Origin: an uncultured bacterium | GTDB lineage: Bacteria; Patescibacteriota; Minisyncoccia; Phycocordibacterales; UBA9973 | NCBI GenBank assembly: GCA_903894565.1 | Contig: CAITQP010000011.1 | Coordinates: forward strand, 6,515-70,514 | Length of the DNA: 64,000 nt | Direction of reading: 5' to 3' | Shown: one piece after another, positions 55,913 through 64,000 of the stretch | Layout of the letters: every line of letters starts with the position of its first letter | Position numbering within the stretch: position 1 is the first letter of the stretch | The notes under the pieces: model-generated | Database searches by the model: none | Told to the model about the DNA's origin: nothing | The model's input: the letters and a program-made list of their open reading frames with translations, nothing else | Translations under genes and position numbers: made by a program

Positions 55913-57844
55913 TTATAATAAGTTATCTGGATTGACCGAAATAATGCATTCGTCGGGGAGTTTGGCGAGGATCTGGCGGAGGTTTTCTGACAGCCCCTTG
56001 CCTTCTTGAAGCGCATAGAGAGACCACTCGTCGCGTTTTGGACGAATGACTGCATTGATTGCGATTTCTTTCTTGCCCTTTACTACGATAATACTTTCAA
56101 AAATATCTGGGGCGCACGGCGCGAGTAATTCTTGAAGGTAATCTTTGGCAGCATCCTTTTCGGATTCTTTGCCGCGCCACGTTATCTTGATGATGGTGGA
56201 AGCGGGAGGATAGTTGTATTCGATACGTTCAGCAAGTTCGTTGCGATACCATGACGCATAGTTGTTCGATTGAATGAGCTCGATGATAGGTTCATCGGGA
56301 TTTTTGGTTTGTACATACAGTTTGCCACGAGTACGTTCGGCAATCGCGAGAAAAAGTTCGATGATACGTTCGCTTGCTCTGTAACTCGGAATATTAAAGA
56401 GCGTATCAAACGATACGACAATGGAATCAGTGATCGTTTCGCTCAAATAAAAGAGTGCCATTTCAGTGCCGACAAGTACGCCCGCTTGCGCCGAAGTAAA
56501 AAGTGATGCAACTTTGCGTGCCTCAGTGCGTGTTGGTGTTGCTTCGCGATCAATACGAAAGACTGGAAGGTCAGGATAGAGGCGGCGAATTTCTTCTTCG
56601 ACGAATTCAGTGCCTGTGCCAATCGCGCCGAGATTCCAGCTGTTACATCGTGCGCACTTTTGTTCAGATGGTTTGTGGCGTTTGCATTTATTGCAAATAA
56701 AAACACGTTTGCCTGAAGGTATTGTGTAAAGAACGAGCGGTGCTTCGCAATATTCGCACAGACACGTTTGTCCGCAGTCACGACAGCGCGTGAATGTGGC
56801 AAGTCCGGTACGAAGCGCGAAGGCGAAAATATGAGATTTTTTTTCGAGAGCACGGCCGATAAGTGCGCGCATGGGTTCTGAGAAGGCGGGGACTTGGTCG
56901 CTTCGGGCGCGGAGCGGTAGCTCCGCGGGCACTCCGTGTGGAATGACGGTAATTTCAATCGGAGCTAGTGCGCGGAACGTGATTGGGGCGATAGTTCCGA
57001 GTTCTTTGGTCTCATGTCTCCCGAGTGTCTCGACGCGGAGTAAACTGTCGCCCAGAATAAATTTCTTGCCAGAGCATCGTGCGAACAATTCAATGAAGAC
57101 ACGAAAATCATACGATGGATGTGTCGGCGTCGCGTATGCACTCGAACTTTCATGCTCGAGAATAATTGTCCCCGTATCTGGCCGCATGAGTGTTGCATAT
57201 GTCGGCGTACAGATTGTGACAAAAGCGTGTTTGTCGGTCGATAATTTTTTTACAGTATCAACGAGTTTCTTTTTTGAGATTTCGCTATTGAGCACCACAG
57301 CGAAATCTGAAACACCACGTGCGAGTGCTTCGGCAAAGAGTGAACAATCTGCGATCGTTGGACAGACGAAGGTGACAGATTCTTTTTTTGCGAATGCTTC
57401 ACGTATATAGGTACGATAGAACGCGATGCGATCGTCGAGGGGTGATTGGAAGAGTAGCCGTTCAGGTTGGACATCAGTAGGTCGTGGTTTGTTTTCTCCG
57501 TGTGCAAACAAGCCGTAATATGAATAGTCTGGAATAAGAAAGTTGAGAATTGTTCCTCGACTTGATCGATAGTATTGAGCAGACAGTTTTGCTGTTTCGA
57601 ATATTGAAGCGGGGACGGGTGAGCCGACTTTGACCTTCAGGATTTTCTTCAGTGCAAACGAGCCAGACTTGATTGCCGACTTTTCCTCTTTGGCATCTCG
57701 ACAAGCTACCGCAATAGCATTAACTGCTTTTGATCGAATAGGTACAGAAACGACCGTTCCGTCAGCGATTTGCTCTGACGAAAAATAGGTAAGGGTCTCC
57801 TTGGGGAGTCCTCGTTTGATTGGAACGACCTCAACAATCCACAT
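55913..57844 (-). CDS. priA: Primosomal protein N', degenerate helicase
   Basis: N-terminal 3'-DNA-binding domain, four CxxC pairs, GTE--EEE, VQT-NP and YPP motifs; no Walker A or DExH. Confidence 0.88.
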   Translation of the reverse strand: MWIVEVVPIKRGLPKETLTYFSSEQIADGTVVSVPIRSKAVNAIAVACRDAKEEKSAIKSGSFALKKILKVKVGSPVPASIFETAKLSAQYYRSSRGTILNFLIPDYSYYGLFAHGENKPRPTDVQPERLLFQSPLDDRIAFYRTYIREAFAKKESVTFVCPTIADCSLFAEALARGVSDFAVVLNSEISKKKLVDTVKKLSTDKHAFVTICTPTYATLMRPDTGTIILEHESSSAYATPTHPSYDFRVFIELFARCSGKKFILGDSLLRVETLGRHETKELGTIAPITFRALAPIEITVIPHGVPAELPLRARSDQVPAFSEPMRALIGRALEKKSHIFAFALRTGLATFTRCRDCGQTCLCEYCEAPLVLYTIPSGKRVFICNKCKRHKPSEQKCARCNSWNLGAIGTGTEFVEEEIRRLYPDLPVFRIDREATPTRTEARKVASLFTSAQAGVLVGTEMALFYLSETITDSIVVSFDTLFNIPSYRASERIIELFLAIAERTRGKLYVQTKNPDEPIIELIQSNNYASWYRNELAERIEYNYPPASTIIKITWRGKESEKDAAKDYLQELLAPCAPDIFESIIVVKGKKEIAINAVIRPKRDEWSLYALQEGKGLSENLRQILAKLPDECIISVNPDNLL

Positions 57845-57931
57845 ATAGTGCCATTAAAGCACGAACTAGACTTCGTTGGAATGACATTGACATTTTATAA
57901 AACAAATGTACTATAATTTAAAATTACGAAG

Positions 57932-58165
57932 ATGAGAACATCATATAGACAAGCTTGGTTTGTAATACTAGTACTGAGCATGTCGATCGGCTCAGTACTT
58001 TGTTTAATAGGCATTTTACGCTTATTTCATTTTTTTGTTAGGAACTGTACTGCTATGTATATTACAGGTGGCGTTACATTCATTGTGGCAATTTATTGTT
58101 ACACAAAAGTTTTTAGTTCGACAGATGGCCAAAAAATGAATGAAGGAAATTTCTCAAACAATTAA
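57932..58165 (+). CDS. Orphan 2-TM protein
   Basis: TTGACA promoter at about 57888; followed by a strong hairpin. Confidence 0.55.
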   Translation: MRTSYRQAWFVILVLSMSIGSVLCLIGILRLFHFFVRNCTAMYITGGVTFIVAIYCYTKVFSSTDGQKMNEGNFSNN

Positions 58166-58204
58166 AGTGTCCGCCTTCTCACTCTGTGAGAAGGCGGACA
58201 CTTT
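58165..58204 (+). terminator. Intrinsic terminator
   Basis: AAAGTGTCCGCCTTCTCAC...GTGAGAAGGCGGACACTTTT. Confidence 0.85.
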
Positions 58205-58237
58205 TACATATACGAAGCTTTAGCATATAATCCGCAC

Positions 58238-59245
58238 ATGTTTGGAAAGAAAATTGGAATCGACCTTGGCACGGCCAATACACTCGTCTATATCCCCGGA
58301 AAAGGTATCATTTTGAATGAGCCTTCTGTTGTCGCTGTTTCTGAGCAAGACAATACGATTCTCGCTATCGGTACAGAAGCCAAGGAAATGATCGGAAAGA
58401 CTCCTGAGTCTATTATTGCGTATCGTCCAATGAAAGATGGTGTTATTGCTGACTATCGTGTGACTGAAGCAATGCTCCGGTACTTTATTTCAAAAGCTCT
58501 CGGAAAATGGAATCTCTTTAAACCAGAAGCCATGATCTCTGTTCCTGCGGGAATTACTTCGACGGAGCGTCGCGCCGTTGTCGAGGCTGCACTTCGCGCA
58601 GGCGCAAAAAATGCGTATGTGGTCAAAGAACCAATTCTCGCTGCGATTGGTGCAGGAATTCCAATTCAAGAATCGCGTGGACACATGATCGTTGATATCG
58701 GTGGCGGAACGACAGACGTCGCCGTGATCGCGCTCGGAGGAATTGTGGCTTCAACTTCGGTCAAATGTGCGGGAGACAAAATCGATCATGCGATCGCCGA
58801 ATATATCCGTAAAACTTTCAACTTGGCGATTGGAGATAAAACTGCTGAAAAAATCAAAATGGAAATCGGTGCAGCGGTGCCGCTCGAAGAAGAATTGACG
58901 ATGACTATTAAGGGACGTGATTTTGTTCAAGGCTTGCCTCGAACAGCGCAAGTCTCAACAAATGAAATCGTGCGTGCGATCGACCCTGAGCTTCGTCAGG
59001 TAGTCAAAGCTATTAAAGACGTACTTCAAGAAACTCCGCCAGAGCTCGCGGCTGACATTATTGATGCAGGTATCATTATGACGGGCGGTACATCTCAGCT
59101 TCGCAATTTTCCTGATTTGATTTATCGACGAACTGGCGTGAAGGCCGTGCTTGCTGATGATGCGCTTTTTTGTGTGGTAAAGGGGACTGGAATTGCTTTG
59201 GAACATCTTTCGACCTACAAGCGTTCGATCATGAGTAAGCGATAA
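58238..59245 (+). CDS. mreB: Rod shape-determining protein MreB
   Basis: IGIDLGTANT, NEPSVVA, VDIGGGTT and TPPELAADI motifs. Confidence 0.97.
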   Translation: MFGKKIGIDLGTANTLVYIPGKGIILNEPSVVAVSEQDNTILAIGTEAKEMIGKTPESIIAYRPMKDGVIADYRVTEAMLRYFISKALGKWNLFKPEAMISVPAGITSTERRAVVEAALRAGAKNAYVVKEPILAAIGAGIPIQESRGHMIVDIGGGTTDVAVIALGGIVASTSVKCAGDKIDHAIAEYIRKTFNLAIGDKTAEKIKMEIGAAVPLEEELTMTIKGRDFVQGLPRTAQVSTNEIVRAIDPELRQVVKAIKDVLQETPPELAADIIDAGIIMTGGTSQLRNFPDLIYRRTGVKAVLADDALFCVVKGTGIALEHLSTYKRSIMSKR

Positions 59246-59254
59246 TAGTTTTGT

Positions 59255-59905
59255 ATGGAGGAATTATTTCATGCGTATGTAGTGGGCGGGGCGCGCGCTA
59301 CCGCGCGCGCCCACATCGAATCCATGCTTACTGAACACGGATTTGTAAAAACAAACAATGCCGATTTCGTATTTCGTGAACTCGTTTCGTTCTCGATGGA
59401 AGACGCGCGCGAGCTTCGCCTATGGCAAGAACTTACCTCAATGAATGGCGGGCACAAAGTTCATGTTGTCTATGCAGATTTTATTACACGAGAAGCAGAA
59501 AACGCACTTTTGAAAACACTCGAAGAACCAATTCCGAACACGCATATTTTTTTTGCAATCCCAAAACCTGACGTTTTGCTCCCGACCCTTCTTTCTCGCG
59601 TTCGAGTAATCACGCCCGTACGAAATGATGATTTCAAAAAAGAAGCAATTGATTTTTTGCGAAGCACACAGCAACAAAGATTGTCACATGTTGCGAAGCT
59701 GGTAGAAAAGTCTGACGACGAAGAAGCGGCTGCCGAAGTGCGCGAGCGTACGCTCGCGCTTCTTGACGCACTTGAACAATCACTCAGCGATGATTTACAA
59801 AAAAATAAATTAAAACTCGAACAGATCTTGAAATATAAAAAATATCTCTATATTCCTGGAGCATCATCTCGAATGATTCTCGAAACACTCGCGCTTGTTC
59901 TCTAA
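59255..59905 (+). CDS. holB: DNA polymerase III delta-prime-like subunit (short)
   Basis: EAENALLKTLEEP...LLPTLLSR. Confidence 0.8.
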   Translation: MEELFHAYVVGGARATARAHIESMLTEHGFVKTNNADFVFRELVSFSMEDARELRLWQELTSMNGGHKVHVVYADFITREAENALLKTLEEPIPNTHIFFAIPKPDVLLPTLLSRVRVITPVRNDDFKKEAIDFLRSTQQQRLSHVAKLVEKSDDEEAAAEVRERTLALLDALEQSLSDDLQKNKLKLEQILKYKKYLYIPGASSRMILETLALVL

Positions 59906-59942
59906 TTTACTAATTGCCTATTTCCTACTATAATAAGCATCT

Positions 59943-60482
59943 ATGGCATTCAATTTTTCAAGTCTTGATAGTAGTTTAAAAGAATCAACTGACTGGCTCG
60001 GTCGCGAATACTCGCGTGTTCATACTGGTCGCGCCTCGCCAATGCTTCTCGATGGCGTTATGGTTGAAGCATATGGATCATTCCAGCCGATCAAGAACGT
60101 CGGTTCTGTATCTATTGAAGACTCACGTACTCTCCGCATTACGCTTTGGGACAAAACTGTTCTGAAAGATGTCGAGAAAGCAATTATTGCCGCCAATCTT
60201 GGGTTGTCCCTTGCGACTGATGGAGAAGGTATGCGCGTTATTTTCCCAGCACTTACTACTGAAAACCGCACACGTCTCGTCAAAGTACTAAAAGAAAAAA
60301 TGGAGGAAGCACGCGTGAGCGTGCGTCGCGATCGCGAAACTGCACTCAATGAACTGAAATCAGCTGATCTTCCTGAAGACGAAGCACGCAGAACCAAAGA
60401 TGATATTCAAAAGCGCGTTGACACGGCGAACGCGAAGCTCGAAGCAACATTTGAAGCAAAAGAAACAGAAGTCATGAGCTAA
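59943..60482 (+). CDS. frr: Ribosome recycling factor
   Basis: TGRASP-LLD, FPALTTE-R and EEARVSVR motifs. Confidence 0.95.
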   Translation: MAFNFSSLDSSLKESTDWLGREYSRVHTGRASPMLLDGVMVEAYGSFQPIKNVGSVSIEDSRTLRITLWDKTVLKDVEKAIIAANLGLSLATDGEGMRVIFPALTTENRTRLVKVLKEKMEEARVSVRRDRETALNELKSADLPEDEARRTKDDIQKRVDTANAKLEATFEAKETEVMS

Positions 60483-60487
60483 GCTCT

Positions 60488-61588
60488 ATGTCTACAGTCA
60501 TACTTTTTCTTGTTGTTATCATTGTGCTCGTTGTTATACACGAGCTCGGGCATTTTTTTGTGGCGAAACTATTTGGCATTCGTGTCGATGAATTCGGCAT
60601 TGGATATCCACCTCGTGCTAAAAAATTATTTATTTGGAAAGAAACGTTGTTTAGCCTCAACTGGCTTCCTTTTGGTGGTTTTGTAAAAATTTATGGCGAG
60701 GAGGCTGACGATGAGACTGCAGAAAAAATTTCAAATTCATTTACATATCAAAAGAAATGGAAACGCGCAGCCGTTGTCCTTGCTGGAATCGTGGCAAACA
60801 CCATGCTTGCTTTCGTGTTATATGTCGCATCGTTTAGTATTGGATTTCTTGGATCACCATCGGATTTTCCAGGAAGTGTTGTTGTAAATAAGCCTGAAAT
60901 GTTGATTACAGAAGTAGTCAGTGGTAGTCCCGCAAGCCAAGCAAAAATTCAAGCAGGGGATTTGATTACAAAAATTACAGCTTCGGGGAAAACGCTCGTT
61001 CCACAAACTGCCGGAAACATAATTTCGTTTATTCAATCAAACGGGACAGCTCCGATCACACTCTCCATTACCCATAGAAATATCTCTCATGATGTTGTGG
61101 TTACTCCACGCGATGGGATTGTTGCTGGAAAGCCTGGGATCGGAGTTGGTCTTTCTGAAGTGTCGCTCATTCGATTACCTTTTTTCAGATCGATCCCGGT
61201 TGCGGCAAGTTACACTGTCGAAGAATTCAAAAGTGTATTTAATGGAATTGGAACTTTGGTTTCATCCGCTGTTCACGGACAAAAAGGAACACTCTCGCAA
61301 GTCTCTGGTCCTGTAGGTATTGCACAAATCGCAGGCCAAGCATATGCGCTCGGATTTGGTTCATTCCTTACCTTCGTCGCGCTTATCTCTGTAAATCTCG
61401 CAGTCATCAATTTGCTGCCATTTCCAGCTCTCGATGGGGGCCGATTGATTCTTGAATTGTTTGCAACCGATGGTAAATCGCGTATTTCAAAGCGAGTCGT
61501 TGCCCTGATCAACCAGGCCGGATTTATCCTCTTGATACTATTGATGTTGTATGTTACTTATCACGATATTGCCCGTCTTTTTTCCTAG
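60488..61588 (+). CDS. rseP: RIP metalloprotease RseP (M50, with PDZ)
   Basis: HELGH, LPFGGFV and NLLPFPALDGG motifs. Confidence 0.93.
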   Translation: MSTVILFLVVIIVLVVIHELGHFFVAKLFGIRVDEFGIGYPPRAKKLFIWKETLFSLNWLPFGGFVKIYGEEADDETAEKISNSFTYQKKWKRAAVVLAGIVANTMLAFVLYVASFSIGFLGSPSDFPGSVVVNKPEMLITEVVSGSPASQAKIQAGDLITKITASGKTLVPQTAGNIISFIQSNGTAPITLSITHRNISHDVVVTPRDGIVAGKPGIGVGLSEVSLIRLPFFRSIPVAASYTVEEFKSVFNGIGTLVSSAVHGQKGTLSQVSGPVGIAQIAGQAYALGFGSFLTFVALISVNLAVINLLPFPALDGGRLILELFATDGKSRISKRVVALINQAGFILLILLMLYVTYHDIARLFS

Positions 61589-61727
61589 TTTTAATACCCG
61601 ACCAGAAATAATGAGCAGGGGACGAGAGGCGATTATACGTTGAAATATAAGGATATATGATCAGATTTGACCTTTACAGTAAATAATGATATATTGGACC
61701 GGTAGCAAATAAACACAAATAATACTT

Positions 61728-62759
61728 ATGTCAAAGAAGATAACATTCAAGCCCAAGCAGATCACCAAAAAAATCCTCTCACCACTCCAGGATCGTTCTC
61801 TTGATATTGTCAAAAGCCGTTTCGGCCTTGGCGGTGACACTGAACGAAAAACACTTGAAGCAATCGGTGATAAATACGGGATTACTCGTGAACGTGTACG
61901 TCAAATCGAACAAGCCGCGCTTAACTTGATAAAGAAATCCGAAGACTATAAGAGTGAGAAACCAAGTTGGGATGAATTGAAGGCGATTGTGAGCGAACTC
62001 GGTGGTCTCGTTGCAGAACATGACCTCCTTGAATCAATCTCAAAAGACGAAGAAGTTCAGAACCATGTTCACTTCTATCTCGTCCTCGGTGATGATTTTA
62101 TCAAACACCGCGAAGATGATGATTTTGTTTCTCGCTGGAGTGTTGATCACGAACTTGCTGGAAAAGTACACAATTCACTTTCATCACTCTACTCAAAACT
62201 TTCTGACGATGAACTCATCACAGAAAGCGAAATGGTAGATCGTTTCCTCGAAGAACTCAAACAAATCAATGTTGGCGAACGTGATGCCGAGATGGCAAAA
62301 CGATGGCTCTGTCTATCGAAAGGAATCTGTAAGAATCCGCTCGGTGAATGGGGTAAGTCTTCAGCCGCTGGTGTAAAAGCTCGCGGAATCAAAGATTACG
62401 CATATCTCATGATGCGAAAGCACGGCAGTCCAATGCATTTTCGCGAAGTAGCAGAGGCGATCACAAATACCTTTGAGAAGAAATGTCACACAGCAACGTG
62501 TCACAACGAACTCATTAAAGATAATCGCTTCGTGCTCGTAGGACGTGGAATGTACGCTCTCAGTGAATGGGGATACAAGCCAGGTGTTGTCCGTGACGTC
62601 ATCAAGGAAATCTTGAAACGCGAAGGAGCTCTCACTAAAGAAGAAGTTGTCGACAAGGTTCTCAAAGAGCGATACCTCAAAAAGAACACAATTCTCGTCA
62701 ATCTTCAGAATCCAAAATACTTCAAAAAGAACAAAGACAAGAAATATTCTCCAGTGTAA
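61728..62759 (+). CDS. CPR sigma-70 region-4 plus HARE-HTH (RNAP delta-like) protein
   Basis: RFGL...TLEAIG--YGITRERVRQIE; PMHF-EVA...HNELIKD-RFVLVGRG-YAL-EWGY. Confidence 0.85.
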   Translation: MSKKITFKPKQITKKILSPLQDRSLDIVKSRFGLGGDTERKTLEAIGDKYGITRERVRQIEQAALNLIKKSEDYKSEKPSWDELKAIVSELGGLVAEHDLLESISKDEEVQNHVHFYLVLGDDFIKHREDDDFVSRWSVDHELAGKVHNSLSSLYSKLSDDELITESEMVDRFLEELKQINVGERDAEMAKRWLCLSKGICKNPLGEWGKSSAAGVKARGIKDYAYLMMRKHGSPMHFREVAEAITNTFEKKCHTATCHNELIKDNRFVLVGRGMYALSEWGYKPGVVRDVIKEILKREGALTKEEVVDKVLKERYLKKNTILVNLQNPKYFKKNKDKKYSPV

Positions 62760-62810
62760 TACACTACAAAAAAACTCCCATTCTATGGGAGTTTTTTTGT
62801 AGTGTATTTA
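62756..62810 (+). terminator. Long-stem terminator
   Basis: AATACACTACAAAAAAACTCCCA-ttcta-TGGGAGTTTTTTTGTAGTGTATT. Confidence 0.85.
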
Positions 62811-62882
62811 CATATATAGATATATGTGTTAATAATAGGCATCGTTCACAATTTTCTTTCACAATTTTTCTTAACAATTTTT

Positions 62883-63275
62883 ATGCAAAAAATTCATTTA
62901 ACCAAGACGCAACTCTATGTCGCGATTGTCGCGTTCGGACTAGGGTTCACCCTAATTGCGATAGATTATTACTACCGGCACTACGCACTCCTTGTGTCGT
63001 GGGGGATGGTTTTCTTCCTTATATCTATCCTGGCGGTCCTGCCGCGATTTAGGCGCAATGCCGCAAGCGTATTGACAGGAATTCTTGTCGGTGCGATAGG
63101 GTTTGAAATTTCGTCCCAATATCTTTACCAAATGATTACCCCATCCAATCCTGGACTCATTCTGTTGCTCGGCGTGCTTGGATCTTTTTTGATCAAAGTA
63201 TCAATCAGCGATATAAACTGGGCTGATATGCACCAGGACCGATTACTTGATGAAAAAGAGACAGTAAAAAAGTAA
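62883..63275 (+). CDS. Orphan 4-TM membrane protein
   Basis: Hydrophobic ORF; terminator at about 63298-63326. Confidence 0.6.
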   Translation: MQKIHLTKTQLYVAIVAFGLGFTLIAIDYYYRHYALLVSWGMVFFLISILAVLPRFRRNAASVLTGILVGAIGFEISSQYLYQMITPSNPGLILLLGVLGSFLIKVSISDINWADMHQDRLLDEKETVKK

Positions 63276-63349
63276 GGTAACTTAATTTCGAAAATTACAA
63301 CCGCGGCTTATGCTCGCGGTTGTTTTCAATTATGTGCTAAAATATTTGA

Positions 63350-63799
63350 ATGAATATCAATTATGAGCGAGGGAATTTCATACTCATTATTGCAGGCCTT
63401 GTCGCCGTACTTTTCTTGATTGGTTTTTTTCGAAATGCCCCAGCATTTTGGGATACCGTAAATTACAAAAAAATTCTGCGTCTTCCATGTGGCCTCACTG
63501 TTCAACACCCAACGTACGGCAAAAATGAGAAAGCACAATTTCCTGTTGAGATCGACGGATATGTGAATGCGTGTGGCTGGGATCCTAAAAACGGCATCGC
63601 GGGTACGGCGCAACTCTTTGATGCGAAAGGACTACCGATGAGTGCTCCAACTCCGCTTGTGATTCCATCAGACAATGGCACGTATCCTGTGTACTTTGAT
63701 ACGACACTTCGACTGACGAATGCACCAACATCTGACACGGGAAACATTCTTATTACAAGTACGAGTGGTCTTTTGTATCCAATAGCAGTTACGTTCTGA
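63350..63799 (+). CDS. Membrane-anchored protein with Gmad2-like Ig domain
   Basis: N-terminal TM; P--I-G-V...W...QLFDA-G...F---L...G-I beta-sandwich pattern. Confidence 0.6.
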   Translation: MNINYERGNFILIIAGLVAVLFLIGFFRNAPAFWDTVNYKKILRLPCGLTVQHPTYGKNEKAQFPVEIDGYVNACGWDPKNGIAGTAQLFDAKGLPMSAPTPLVIPSDNGTYPVYFDTTLRLTNAPTSDTGNILITSTSGLLYPIAVTF

Positions 63800-63816
63800 T
63801 ATACTAGAATAGAGAT

Positions 63817-64000
63817 ATGATTATCATAAGCATCATTGGAACTATCCTTTCATTTGTACTCATGCTCGCAGGAAAGACTGCGTTTATTTGGGCACCAATT
63901 GTTTTGATGTATACCGGTTTCCAGCTGTGGCACCATTTTGTGACAGAACGTTTTGTACTTGGAATGACGTGGACGTTATTTGAAATCGAAGTTCCCCGTG
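63817..64000 (+). CDS. Conserved CPR membrane protein, 3' end outside the window
   Basis: Open to the window end: MIIISIIG...LW...WTLFEIEVPR. Confidence 0.6.
   Translation, partial: MIIISIIGTILSFVLMLAGKTAFIWAPIVLMYTGFQLWHHFVTERFVLGMTWTLFEIEVPR

Noticed and set aside
1-64000. Recoded TGA (code 25), prophage or diversity-generating retroelement
   Set aside because: TGA terminates genes normally and long ORFs are intact in code 11. I saw no phage structural genes, reverse transcriptase or template/variable repeat pair.

Overview
A chromosomal segment of a small-genome Patescibacteria (CPR) bacterium, most likely Parcubacteria/OD1 (code 11; TGA is used as stop). The assignment rests on a CPR-type PaaX-like regulator, a DUF5654 protein, a sigma-region-4/HARE-HTH protein, a divergent bS21, N-terminal-only GlmU and many apparently leaderless genes. 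Core genes: rpsD(partial)-rpoA-rplQ-rplM-rpsI, uppP, cspA, grpE, dnaK, a PIF1-like helicase, a Y-family polymerase, hsp20, prsW, valS (with an inserted histidine-phosphatase domain), tsaD, an HTH-murA fusion with murB, pyrF, a bacillithiol-like bshC'-bshB1-bshA cluster, glmU', trxB, ftsZ, ftsA, ybeY, rpsU, a degenerate priA, mreB, holB, frr and rseP. There are three tRNAs (Val-GAC, Ser-CGA, Glu-TTC). AT-rich orphan genes with their own promoter and terminator are scattered between the core genes. The main unannotated signals are: (1) a Val-rich leader peptide with antiterminator and terminator upstream of valS; (2) six structured non-coding regions, five behind consensus promoters, one of them a switch-like leader before the mutagenic polymerase; (3) a TATMTCA-N4-TGATATA palindrome shared by HTH-murA/murB and an L,D-transpeptidase; (4) a MITE-like inverted repeat between two convergent stop codons; (5) a collapsed ArdC/serine-recombinase remnant at tRNA-Val. 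All calls come from reading the sequence by eye; no searches or folding programs were run.
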